Source: Octopus sinensis
Taxonomy: Eukaryota
Reading direction: 5' to 3'
Assembly: GCF_006345805.1 (NCBI RefSeq)
Contig: NW_021825276.1
Span: 1 to 16,008 of the forward strand
Length of the DNA stretch: 16,008 bases
Both the position numbers and the translations under genes were made by a program. Of this stretch, positions 1-8,425 are shown one piece after another. Below the pieces are notes generated by a model, which worked only from the letters and a program-made list of their open reading frames with translations, did no database searches and was not told the DNA's origin. Numbering within the stretch: the stretch's first letter is position 1; each line of letters starts with the position of its first letter.

Positions 1-368
1 GTGAGCATGTGTGCGCGCGCGCGTGTGTGTGTAGATACATACACACACACATACACATATGCATGTATACATGCATATATGTACATATGCTTATATATAT
101 ATCTGTACATATAAATATGTGTACACAGATCTATACATACATGTACAAATATACCTACACACACATACACACATATATATATATTATATATATATATATT
201 TGTGTACATATATATATGCATATATGTATATATGTTGCATCATACGTTCATATACATAACATACACACACACACACTATATATATATATATAATATATAT
301 AATATATAATATATATATTATATATATATATCTATATATATATATCGATTATCTATATATATAGATAT
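1..368. repeat. Compound microsatellite block (GT/GC, CA, TACA, TA)
   Basis: Direct reading: (GC)5 flanked by GT runs at 9-32, then CA/TACA/TATG mixtures and an interrupted (TA)n. Confidence 0.95.
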
Positions 369-557
369 ACAATGCATTCAAAGCCTATGTGAAGAGTGTA
401 AGAATATCCACTTTCCTCGGTCCATCTCTGTCCACATCCGGTATAAAGGTACGACTTCCGGTGTGATGGTACCACCCTGTTATTGTTAACAAAAAACGTA
501 TTTCTATTCATTTTTGAAATGAAACCAAGGATTTGAGTCGCGGACCTGTTTGCATTT

Positions 558-727
558 CACACACACACACACACACACACATGGCCACAGATACACTAAA
601 ACACACACTATATATATAAATATACACACATACACTCGTATATGTGTTCGTAAACGCACACACAAACACACATGTATACATAAATATGTACATAGAAGTA
701 TATACACCCACACGCACAGACATATAT
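558..727. repeat. (CA)n-led compound microsatellite
   Basis: About 11 CA units from 558, then degenerate CA/TA repeats. Confidence 0.9.
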
Positions 728-922
728 CAATGTTTGTTTTTGTGTTATACTAAAAATAATCTTACAGTAATCTGAAGGATTACTCAATCCATTTGGTAGA
801 GTACAGATTTAGTGTTCTTTAACACGAATAGTATTGATAGTGACCTCGAAGTCTCTGCCTGCAAACACCCATAACCGGACGATTCGATGATGGTTTAATA
901 GGCCAAAACTTTGAAGTAATAA

Positions 923-1318
923 TCTCTCTATATATAAAGCTGAATCTGTCTTCAGTGTATGGCAGGTTTGGTAGCCTTCAACTAACACTATCTCTTCTGA
1001 ACCCTGCGGCGCAAGTTGACCAAAATTGAGAGTATGATAGAAGAAGGTTTGCTCTTCCTTCCGTAGAAGAAACAAATTCAAATCGGACCATGTTAACACC
1101 AAAAATTATTTACATCAAAAAGGTGCTTTTTTCTATGAAAATCCCTATTTTTTTTACGATCTTTTGTCTGCTGTGTCGCCATTTTTCGGTGTATTTCAAC
1201 CAGAAAAATGTTCACTTAAAGAGAATAACAAGCTACATAATGCAAAATTTTAACTTTTCAAAATTTCTAATTCTAAAGGGTTGAAACAAACCCAAGCAAC
1301 GCCGGGCGATACCGCTAG
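923..1318 (+). mobile_element. Non-autonomous Helitron-like element, complete, 396 bp
   Basis: Starts TCTCTCTATATATAAAG at 923 and ends CTAG at 1315-1318. It sits between host A (922) and T (1319) with no target-site duplication. An imperfect GC hairpin CCCAAGCAACGCCGGG (1291-1306) lies 8 nt before the CTAG. These are the canonical Helitron terminal hallmarks. No Rep/helicase coding sequence is visible. Confidence 0.85.
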
Positions 1319-1618
1319 TATGGAACAATATTCTTAAAGGATAATCCAAAAATAAATAAATGAAAAATACAAAAGCGAAGTAAAAGAACAAAACAAAAAA
1401 AAAAGGAAGAAAAAAGTAGGTTGTATTAGGTTTTCGCTCAGGAAAATTGGAGGAATTCTTTAAAGTTTCGATCCTGCGTTCTTCTACAGAAAGGATAGAA
1501 AACAGATGAAGGGAAAGTAAGAAACGTATCTTAATTAAAGGGTGAGGGCAAGCTGGGATGGTTGGAAGACGAAGTTGGGACTTGAAGCGTGGGTAGCAAG
1601 GACGGACTTGTATATGAA

Positions 1619-1850
1619 GGTGTGCATGTGTATATGGGGGTATGGATGCGTATATATGTATGCGTGTGTGCATGCATGTGTGTGTGTGATCGAGCACTTG
1701 TGTGTGTATGAAGATAATGTGTGCATGTGTAGTCTGTGTTTATGCGTGTATGTACGCGTATGCAGACGTGTGTATGATTTCATGAGGCTATCTAACGTAT
1801 GTGTGCGCGCGTGTGTGTGTGTGTGTGTATATGTATATATAAATATATAT
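1619..1850. repeat. Degenerate (TG)n/(TATG)n microsatellite
   Basis: Direct reading. Confidence 0.9.
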
Positions 1851-1852
1851 AA

Positions 1853-2073
1853 TTTTCTTTACTACCCACAAGGGGCTACACACAGAGAAGACAAAAAGGA
1901 CAGACAAAGGATTAAGTCGATTACATCGACTCCAGTGCATAACTGGTACTTAATTATCGACCCCCGAAGGATGAAGGCAAGTGGGACCTCGGCGGAATTT
2001 GAACTCAGAACGTAGCGGCAGACGAAATACCGCTAAGCATTTCACCAGCATGCTAACGATTCTGCCAGCTCGC

Positions 2074-2075
<2 letters not shown>
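1853..2075 (-). mobile_element. tRNA-type SINE family 1, copy A (type-2 tail)
   Basis: Minus strand head GGCGAGCTGGCAGAATCGTTAGC contains an A-box-like TGGCAGAATCG and a B-box-like GAGTTCAAATTCC. The body matches the copies at 2617-2815, 2816-3034, 8218-8420 and 10392-10536. Tail is ...CCCCTTGTGGGTAGTAAAGAAAA. Confidence 0.9.
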
Positions 2076-2115
<40 letters not shown>

Positions 2116-2236
2116 TTATATATATATTTATATATATATTTATATATATATATATGTATGTTTGTATGTATGTATGTATGTATGCACACACACACACACA
2201 CACACACATCATGCACACGCATGCGCACACACACAT
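2076..2236. repeat. (CA)n-(TA-rich 12-mer)x3-(TATG)n-(CA)n compound microsatellite
   Basis: Direct reading; includes TTATATATATAT repeated three times. Confidence 0.9.
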
Positions 2237-2616
2237 AGCCATGCGTACTGCGCAAAGTAACGAGGCACGCAGTAACAAATCATTACGATTAATTATTTCA
2301 CTCCAATTTCTAATTATTTTGGCTCAAACAAACATTCCTTTGTAGTTTCCACATAAGAAACGGACGAATATTTGCTGCCTTAAACTGAAAATTATAAAGA
2401 AGAGAGAGAAAAAAAAAGAAGAAACACGAAATGTTTTTTTCTTCCAAATAAATTCGGATGCTTTATGACCGGAGCCGTCCCTTTTGATGTTGGAAGAATG
2501 TTTATCTTGCCGGCGGTTGAAAAAACTATAAATTGTTTATACCAGATAAATATTTATCTTTCTATCAACGTAATAAGCTGGGCAGCCTCTAATACGCTGG
2601 TCCTACGTAGCAGAAA

Positions 2617-2815
2617 TATACTTTTCTACTCGAGGCACAAGGGCTGAAATTTTGGAGGAGGGTCCAACCGATTAGATCGACATTAGTACGCAGCTGGTAC
2701 TTAATTTATTGACCCCGAAAGGATGAAAGGCAAAGACGACCCCGGCAGAATTTGAACGCAGATGGTAAAGACACGAAATACCGCTAAGAATTTCGCCCGG
2801 CGTGCAAACGCTTCT
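2617..2815 (-). mobile_element. SINE family 1, copy B (type-1 tail, first ~14 nt of head missing)
   Basis: Body homologous to copies A and C. Tail reads ...CCAAAATTTCAGCCCTTGTGCCTCGAGTAGAAAAGTA on the minus strand. The head stops at 2815, where the tail of copy C begins. Confidence 0.88.
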
Positions 2816-3034
2816 TATTTCTTTATTGCCCACTTAGAGGACAAACAAGTATAGACAAAGGGATTAAGTCGATTACATCGACCCCAGTACTCAGCTGGTA
2901 CTTAATTTATTGACCTCTAAAAGGATGAAAGGCAAAGTCGACCTCGGTGGAATTTGAACTCAGAACGTAACGGCAGACGAAATGCCGCTAGACATTTCGC
3001 CCGGCGTGCTAACGTTTCTGCCGGCTCGCTGTCT
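2816..3034 (-). mobile_element. SINE family 1, copy C (type-2 tail), fused tail-to-head to copy B
   Basis: Full head (GACAGCGAGCCGGCAGAAACGTTAGCACG on minus) and B-box-like GAGTTCAAATTCC. The GTCGAT-tac-ATCGAC hairpin is at 2868-2882. Tail is similar to copy A with an internal deletion. Confidence 0.9.
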
Positions 3035-3446
3035 TCGTGAATCTCTGATTTTAGTCTCCAATCATTCGTTTACATAAAACCCAACCTTTCTCGCAAGGAA
3101 GACGTGGAAGGACTGAAAAAGGGTGGAGCAGACGCCATTTTAAATAAGATTAAGATATATATATTTCTACAGCCACATTTCATAAAAAATGTAGAAAGAA
3201 GAATAACATGAACGTAGACTTCACCTTCTTTTTATATTCATATAGAAGGGGCCGAAAATTTCACTACAGAATTTAAGGTGGTGCTGGCATTTGTCAGTTT
3301 GATAACTGCTGGTGTATTAACTCGTGAATTATTACTCCCTTTGTCATCCGCTGTTGATTGTATCTGGCGTGTGTTTATTTTTATGAATGTCTGACAACCA
3401 GAAAAAAACGTATTCACGAATTTCTTTTCCGGAAAAGGTACCGGTT

Positions 3447-3603
3447 CTATGTATGTATGTCGTTTTATGTATATATGCACATATACATGGATATATATGT
3501 ATGTAGGTATGTATGTATGTAATGCATATATATATATATATATATATGTATATATTATATATATATATACATATATATATATATCATATATATATATATA
3601 TAT

Positions 3604-3634
<31 letters not shown>

Positions 3635-4055
3635 ATATATATATATATATATGTTAAGTATTGAATACCTATATACATAAGAATTTTAGAAAATAATGTA
3701 TAAGTGTTGCTAAAAGAAAGACAAAATATGTATGTATACGTGTATACATGTGTGTGTATGTGTATGTATATGCACATACATATATATATATGTATATATA
3801 TATGTATATATATATATACACTTGTATATTGTGTATATGTGAGTGTGCATGTGTGTATATATATACACACATATATATATATACATATATATACATATAT
3901 ATATATACATATATACATATATATATGTATATATACATATGTGTATATATATATACATATGTATATATATATATGTACATTTATACACACATGCACTCTC
4001 ACATATATACAATATATAAGTGTATATATATATATATAATATATATATATATACA
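3447..4055. repeat. Two TA/TATG/TACA microsatellite blocks (3447-3655, 3727-4055)
   Basis: Direct reading; the second block contains a long inverted repeat (see findings). Confidence 0.95.
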
Positions 4056-4215
4056 TGCTCCTGTACATATGTCTAAGTGCGTGTCTGTCTGTCTGTGTGT
4101 TTTGACATAAGAATGTATAACTGTTGAATAAAAATATCCCAAGTCTGCATCAGTAAATGTTACGACTGTCATAACGCAAGGTCCATCAATCACTTCCATG
4201 TCTGAGTCTCTTTAG

Positions 4216-4251
4216 CAACAACAACAACATCATCATCATCATCATCATCAT
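4216..4251 (+). repeat. (CAA)4(CAT)8 trinucleotide repeat
   Basis: Direct reading. Confidence 0.95.
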
Positions 4252-4471
4252 GGAAAACACTGACAGCTGTAATAGTAAAGTGATTAACTGCTTCAACCGT
4301 TTACGACCATGCCCACCTCTACGTCTGTGTTTTTTGAGACATGTCGCATTCGGCCTCAGAAACCAGGACATATTGTTACAATGTTTAAGACATACATGTT
4401 TTAGGACACTTCTTGCAGTGCTTTCACATACAGGGCATGAATAATCGGGCTTTAGGTATATCTTCCTCCTG

Positions 4472-4650
4472 CGAAGGGTTACTGAAAAGTTCCTGGATAA
4501 AAGGTACGGCGAAAGCCCTGGCTGGAAGCCTAACATCCCGACTTCTTTTACAGGCTTACGAAAACTAAAGGATTGCAATTAGTGTGTGAGATAACTTATT
4601 CGCTTGTATTTTGTTTTATCCAAAGCCAGGAACTTTTTAGCACCCCCTCA
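4472..4650 (+). mobile_element. Tc1/mariner-derived MITE or internal-deletion derivative, ~179 bp
   Basis: Imperfect terminal inverted repeats: left (TG)CGAAGGGTTACTGAAAAGTTCCTGG against the reverse complement of the right end, (TA)TGAGGGGGTGCTAAAAAGTTCCTGG, 21/27 identical. Right flank is TA and left flank is TG (a mutated TA duplication). 4547-4588 translates to FTGLRKLKD-CN*CV, resembling a decayed mariner transposase C-terminus (recalled pattern). Confidence 0.8.
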
Positions 4651-4701
4651 TATATATATATATATATATATAAATACACACACACACACACACCACACAT
4701 A
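4651..4701. repeat. (TA)n(CA)n abutting the MITE right end
   Basis: Direct reading. Confidence 0.9.
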
Positions 4702-4858
4702 TTCGGTTAAAATGGCTTATTGATGTGTTTTGTTTCTCTTTTTTCCCTGACGAGATGATTACATTGTTTTACATCATTTTATTCCCTCTGTAATAATACC
4801 AGTGTTTTCTTCGAAACATGTGTCGGAAGTATAAAGATTTGAATAACTCCTTTTCTTA

Positions 4859-4892
<34 letters not shown>

Positions 4893-4934
4893 TTATCTAT
4901 CCATCTATCCATCTATCTATCTATCTATCATCTA

Positions 4935-4977
<43 letters not shown>

Positions 4978-4990
4978 GCTATCCTCTACA

Positions 4991-5025
<35 letters not shown>

Positions 5026-5121
5026 ATCTATCTATCTATCTACTGTCTGTCTGTCTGCTGTCTATCTATCTATCTATCTATCTATCTATCCTATCTATCT
5101 ATCTATCTATCTATCTATCGC

Positions 5122-5152
<31 letters not shown>

Positions 5153-5196
5153 ACACCTATCTATCTATCTATCTATCTACATATCTATCTATCTAA

Positions 5197-5235
<39 letters not shown>

Positions 5236-5296
5236 CTGTCTGTATGTCTGTCTGTCTGTCTATCTACTATCTATCTATCTATCGAATATCTCTTTG

Positions 5297-5341
<45 letters not shown>

Positions 5342-5476
5342 ATACCTATATATCTATGTATTCACACACACACGCGCGCGCGCGCACACAGACGTATAAA
5401 TATACATACATACACATAAATATAAATGCATACATACATACATACATACATACATACAGACGTACATACGTACGTA
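4859..5476. repeat. Long interrupted (TATC)n/(TGTC)n array followed by (CA)n(CG)6(CA)n and (TACA)n
   Basis: Direct reading. About 500 bp of GATA-family tetranucleotide repeat with many single-base interruptions; (CG)6 at 5373-5384. Confidence 0.95.
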
Positions 5477-5477
5477 C

Positions 5478-5633
5478 TTCTTGCTTCGGTCATCAGGTTG
5501 TGGCCATGCTGGGGCATTACCTTGAAGACTGATTCGATCCCAGTACTTCTTTTTTCCAAGCATAATACTTAGTCTATTAATCCCCTTTTGTTGAACCGCT
5601 AAGGTACAGGGACGTAAACATACCAGCACTGGT
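5478..5633 (-). mobile_element. SINE family 2, 3' portion
   Basis: Homologous to 14408-14553 (shared GGCCATGCTGGRGCA and AAG..AC.GGGAC.TAA.CA.ACC). It resembles the 3' half of an abundant octopus SINE as I recall it; orientation is from that recollection. No head is present. Confidence 0.7.
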
Positions 5634-5806
5634 GATGGTGCTACTATCGTTAATGGTTGTGGTTGTAGTATTGCAGCAGTCAACTAGAGTCAGTGGTGTT
5701 GGTGGAAATGGTGGTTCCAATGCCGTCGATGGTGGTAGTCGTGGCGCTGCAGTTACTTTGCCATTGTTGTTCTTGTTGTTTGCTCCACCTTCTGCTGCTG
5801 CTGCTG

Positions 5807-5843
<37 letters not shown>
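5631..5843. repeat. Trinucleotide low-complexity tract (GGT/GTT/GCT, then (ACT)n)
   Basis: Direct reading: (GCT)5 followed by about 12 ACT units at 5793-5843. Confidence 0.85.
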
Positions 5844-5949
5844 AATGACGAAAAATGTAAGAGACAACCACAATATTTTCAATAAATGTAAGAATGTTAT
5901 GTGGATACATTTATAGAGGGAGGGGGAGTGAGAAGGGTGAGGTGGAGGG

Positions 5950-6790
5950 AGAGATACACAAACACACAGATGTGTACACACACACACATGTATGTATATG
6001 TAAACATATACATACACATATGCACACATGCATATATATATATGTGTGTGAGCATCCATAGGTATTTTTATTTACACGTAAGTATATACACACATGCATA
6101 CATATACAAATACACACACGCGCATACACACACACATGTGTGTATATATGTATACACATACACACAAACGTATTTATGTTATGCGGAGGAGACAGACAAT
6201 AGACATAAAAACCGGGGGCCAGAGAGAAACACGCGTTAGTTAGGGGAATAAAAATCATCTCCCTCTCTCTCTTACTCTCTCTCTTTCTCTCTTTTCGCAC
6301 ACACACACACACACGCGTGCGTGTGTGTGTGTGAATGTGTATGTGTGTGCAACTTGCTTGTGCGTATGCTGATGTGTGTTGTGTGTTTGCGTGTGTGTGT
6401 GTGTGTTGTGTGGTGTGATGTGTTTTGTGTGTGGTGTGGTGTGTGTAGTGAGTGTGTGAGTGTTTGTGTGTGTTGTGTGTTGTGTGTGTGTTTGTGGAGT
6501 GTGTGTGTGTGTGATGTGTGTGAGTGTGTGTGTGTGTGTGAGTGTGGTGTGTGGGTTGAGTGGTGTGTGTGTGTGAGTGTGTGTCTGTGAGTGTTTGTTT
6601 GTGGTGTGTGTGTGTGTGTGTTTGTGTGTGTGTCTGTGCGTGTAGTGTGTGTTGTGTGAGTGTTGAGTGCGTGTGGTGTTTTGTGGGGGTGTGTGGAACG
6701 CGCGTGTGTTTGTGTGTGTTGTGCGTGTTTGCGTGAGTGTGTGTTTGTGAGTGTGAGTGTGTGAGTGTGTGTATGTGTGTATGTGTGTGT
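5950..6790. repeat. CA/TA-rich block, short (CT)n, and a ~480-bp phase-broken (GT)n block
   Basis: Direct reading. Confidence 0.95.
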
Positions 6791-6859
6791 GCCTAGGTAT
6801 TTGTTGAAACAGACCGAGACTGCCATTAGATATTTCGTCTGTTGATAAAATACCGACAT

Positions 6860-6934
6860 CACGACTACCACCACCAACACCACCACCGCCGCCACAACCC
6901 TACCACCACCACCGCCGCCGCCGCCACCACCACC
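6860..6934 (+). repeat. (CCA/CCG)n trinucleotide low-complexity tract
   Basis: Direct reading. Confidence 0.9.
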
Positions 6935-7304
6935 AGGAGCCGAAATCCGACACTTTATTACACATAGTCTCTCATGAGAAAGCTGGGAGTTTTCCTTTCA
7001 TGTAATCTATTTGTTCAGCTATCATCTTACATTTATTAGGACTTTCCAACGTTTTGTCTCTTACAATAACAACTTGCCTTTTTACGTCTTTCTTTTACGG
7101 TCACATAAACACAATTTCTTCATAGCAGAGCGGTGTGTGTGTGTGTGTGTGTTTACGTGTATGCATGAGTATATTTGTGTGTGTGTGTGTGTGGAGATTC
7201 CTTGTGATGAGTTTGGGTGGAGACGGTAGGATCATCCTTTGCGATAAGTCATAATTCTGAAGTCTTAAGACAATGATGCAACGAAGAGGTTTTTATTTTT
7301 ATTC

Positions 7305-7342
7305 CCCAAAATGTGAGGCCTTGTGCCTTTAGTAGAAAGGAT
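7305..7342 (+). mobile_element. Isolated type-1 3' tail fragment of SINE family 1
   Basis: CCCCAAAATGTGAGGCCTTGTGCCTTTAGTAGAAAGGA matches the tails of copy B (reverse complement) and copy D, and runs into (ATT)n. Confidence 0.7.
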
Positions 7343-7368
7343 TAATTATTATTATTATTATTATTATT

Positions 7369-7715
7369 CAGTAGTTTTATTTTTATAGCGTGCTTTCACT
7401 TCACTACCGAGCGCAGCTCTGTGTGCCTTGGGTTGTGCTGTGATTTGTTGTGATGCTCTGATGGTTATTGTATGGGAAGGTGTTTCTGCGTAGGCTGTGT
7501 GGCAGTGCCTAGTAGTGCAATTTTCTGTATGTTATATGTGTTTGTAAGTCCTGGTGTTTTTGTTATGTATTTGTCTGAATATTTTTTTATCATGCCTAAT
7601 GCACCTACTATGGATAGAATTGTTTCTGTTTTCAGATTCCACATTCTAGTTACCTCTATTCCAGGTCTTTGTATTTTGAGAGTTTCTCCATTTCTTTTAG
7701 AGACACGTTGTCATC
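7369..7715 (-). mobile_element. 5'-truncated 3' end of an R4/Dong-type non-LTR retrotransposon (restriction-like endonuclease C-terminus, 3' UTR, (TAA)n tail)
   Basis: Minus strand translates to DDNVSLKEMEKLSKYKDLE / 1-nt frameshift near 7658 / IEVTRMWNLKTETILSIVGALGMIKKYSDKYITKTPGLTNTYNIQKIALLGTATQPTQKHLPIQ* (stop 7465-7467). This fits the KE.EK..KY..L and VGALG pattern of RLE domains. A ~97-nt 3' UTR is followed by (TAA)n at 7343-7368, and (TAA)n flanks both sides, matching the known Dong target preference. Confidence 0.85.
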
Positions 7716-7735
7716 TATTATTATTATTATTATTA

Positions 7736-7794
<59 letters not shown>
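7716..7794. repeat. (ATT)n, ~26 units
   Basis: Direct reading; one ATC interruption. Confidence 0.97.
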
Positions 7795-8125
7795 GAGTGA
7801 GAGAGCAGTGCATGCCATCAAAGTGGCACTGGGGTAAAATATACGAAGCGCAGTATACCCATCATGACTACCCGTCTGATAAGGGTACCCTAGGCACATG
7901 CACCACAACCATATGTGCGCAACATGGTGATCTCATATCAAAATAAACAGCACATGACCTCGCAGGTGGGGCCCATTTAGAATTTTCTTCAGGTTGAGTA
8001 GCCCATCCCGCTCAAAAGGTCCCTGAATAAGGGTTGTTTTAGGATGTTGAAAGAACCACCCATGTTTCCAGAGGAATTATTCAAACCCCAAAGAATCCCT
8101 CTCAACACATGTATGATCTCCCCCC
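7795..8125 (-). mobile_element. Probable retroposon 3' fragment embedded in (ATT)n; family unassigned
   Basis: A 331-bp higher-GC unique segment with sharp (ATT)n boundaries on both sides. On the minus strand it ends ...CTCTCTCACTC(AAT)n, like a (TAA)n-tailed retroelement. I recall it as a high-copy octopus repeat but cannot verify that. No recognisable ORF. Confidence 0.6.
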
Positions 8126-8141
8126 ATTATTATTATTATCA

Positions 8142-8195
<54 letters not shown>

Positions 8196-8213
8196 ATATT
8201 ACTATTATTATTA
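8126..8213. repeat. (ATT)n, interrupted
   Basis: Direct reading. Confidence 0.95.
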
Positions 8214-8217
8214 CTGA

Positions 8218-8420
8218 GGCAGTGAGTTGGCAGAATCGTTAGCACGCCGAGCAAAATGCTTCGCAGTATTTTGCCCGTCTTTACGTTCTGAGTTCAAATT
8301 CCGCCGACGTCGACTTTACTTTTCATCCTTTCGGGGGTCGATAAATTAAGTACCAGTTGTGTATTGGTGTCGATTACATCGACAAAGTTTCAGGCCTCGT
8401 GCCTATTGCAGAAAGAATTA
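8218..8420 (+). mobile_element. SINE family 1, copy D (type-1 tail with internal deletion)
   Basis: Head GGCAGTGAGTTGGCAGAATCGTTAGCACGCC and B-box-like GAGTTCAAATTCC, core TTTCATCCTTTCGGGGGTCGATAAATTAAGTACCAG, hairpin at 8368-8384, tail TTTCAGGCCTCGTGCCTATTGCAGAAAGA. Confidence 0.9.
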
Positions 8421-8425
8421 ATATT

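Noticed and set aside
365-448. Possible plus-strand exon IYNAFKAYVKSVRISTFLGPSLSTSGIK ending at the donor AAG|GTACGA
   Set aside because: The acceptor lies in a TA repeat with no pyrimidine tract, no family is recognised, and there is no partner exon.
809-1102. 97-aa minus-strand ORF
   Set aside because: More than half lies inside the non-autonomous Helitron and it crosses the insertion junction, so it is a chance chimeric frame.
819-1483. Removing the Helitron restores an 88-aa minus-strand frame after a good acceptor at 1484
   Set aside because: The middle is a Phe-rich translation of a poly-T/A tract, with no recognisable homology; probably coincidental.
1990-2075. SINE heads as tRNA genes
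   Set aside because: A/B-box spacing is too long, no cloverleaf is evident, and each continues into the shared SINE body.
2539-2606. Possible minus-strand exon DQRIRGCPAYYVDRKINIYL
   Set aside because: Short, weak donor, unrecognised, and no consistent gene model.
3999-4214. [21 protein letters not shown], with superficial cadherin-like TDADLG
   Set aside because: Other cadherin motifs (PxF, LDRE, DxNDN) are absent and the frame runs into microsatellite.
5632-5916. 94-aa plus-strand ORF with a signal-peptide-like start and poly-A/T runs
   Set aside because: It begins in a SINE remnant and consists of trinucleotide low-complexity sequence, open on both strands for that reason.
5730-6873. 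14-nt inverted match TGGTGGTAGTCGTG / CACGACTACCACCA
   Set aside because: Both copies are in GGT/ACC low-complexity tracts, so a chance match is plausible.
6813-7007. Pro/His/Arg-rich plus-strand frame (PRLPLDISSVDKIPTSRLPPPTPPPPPQPYHHHRRRRHHH...)
   Set aside because: Driven by the CCA/CCG repeat, with a weak acceptor and no homology recognised.
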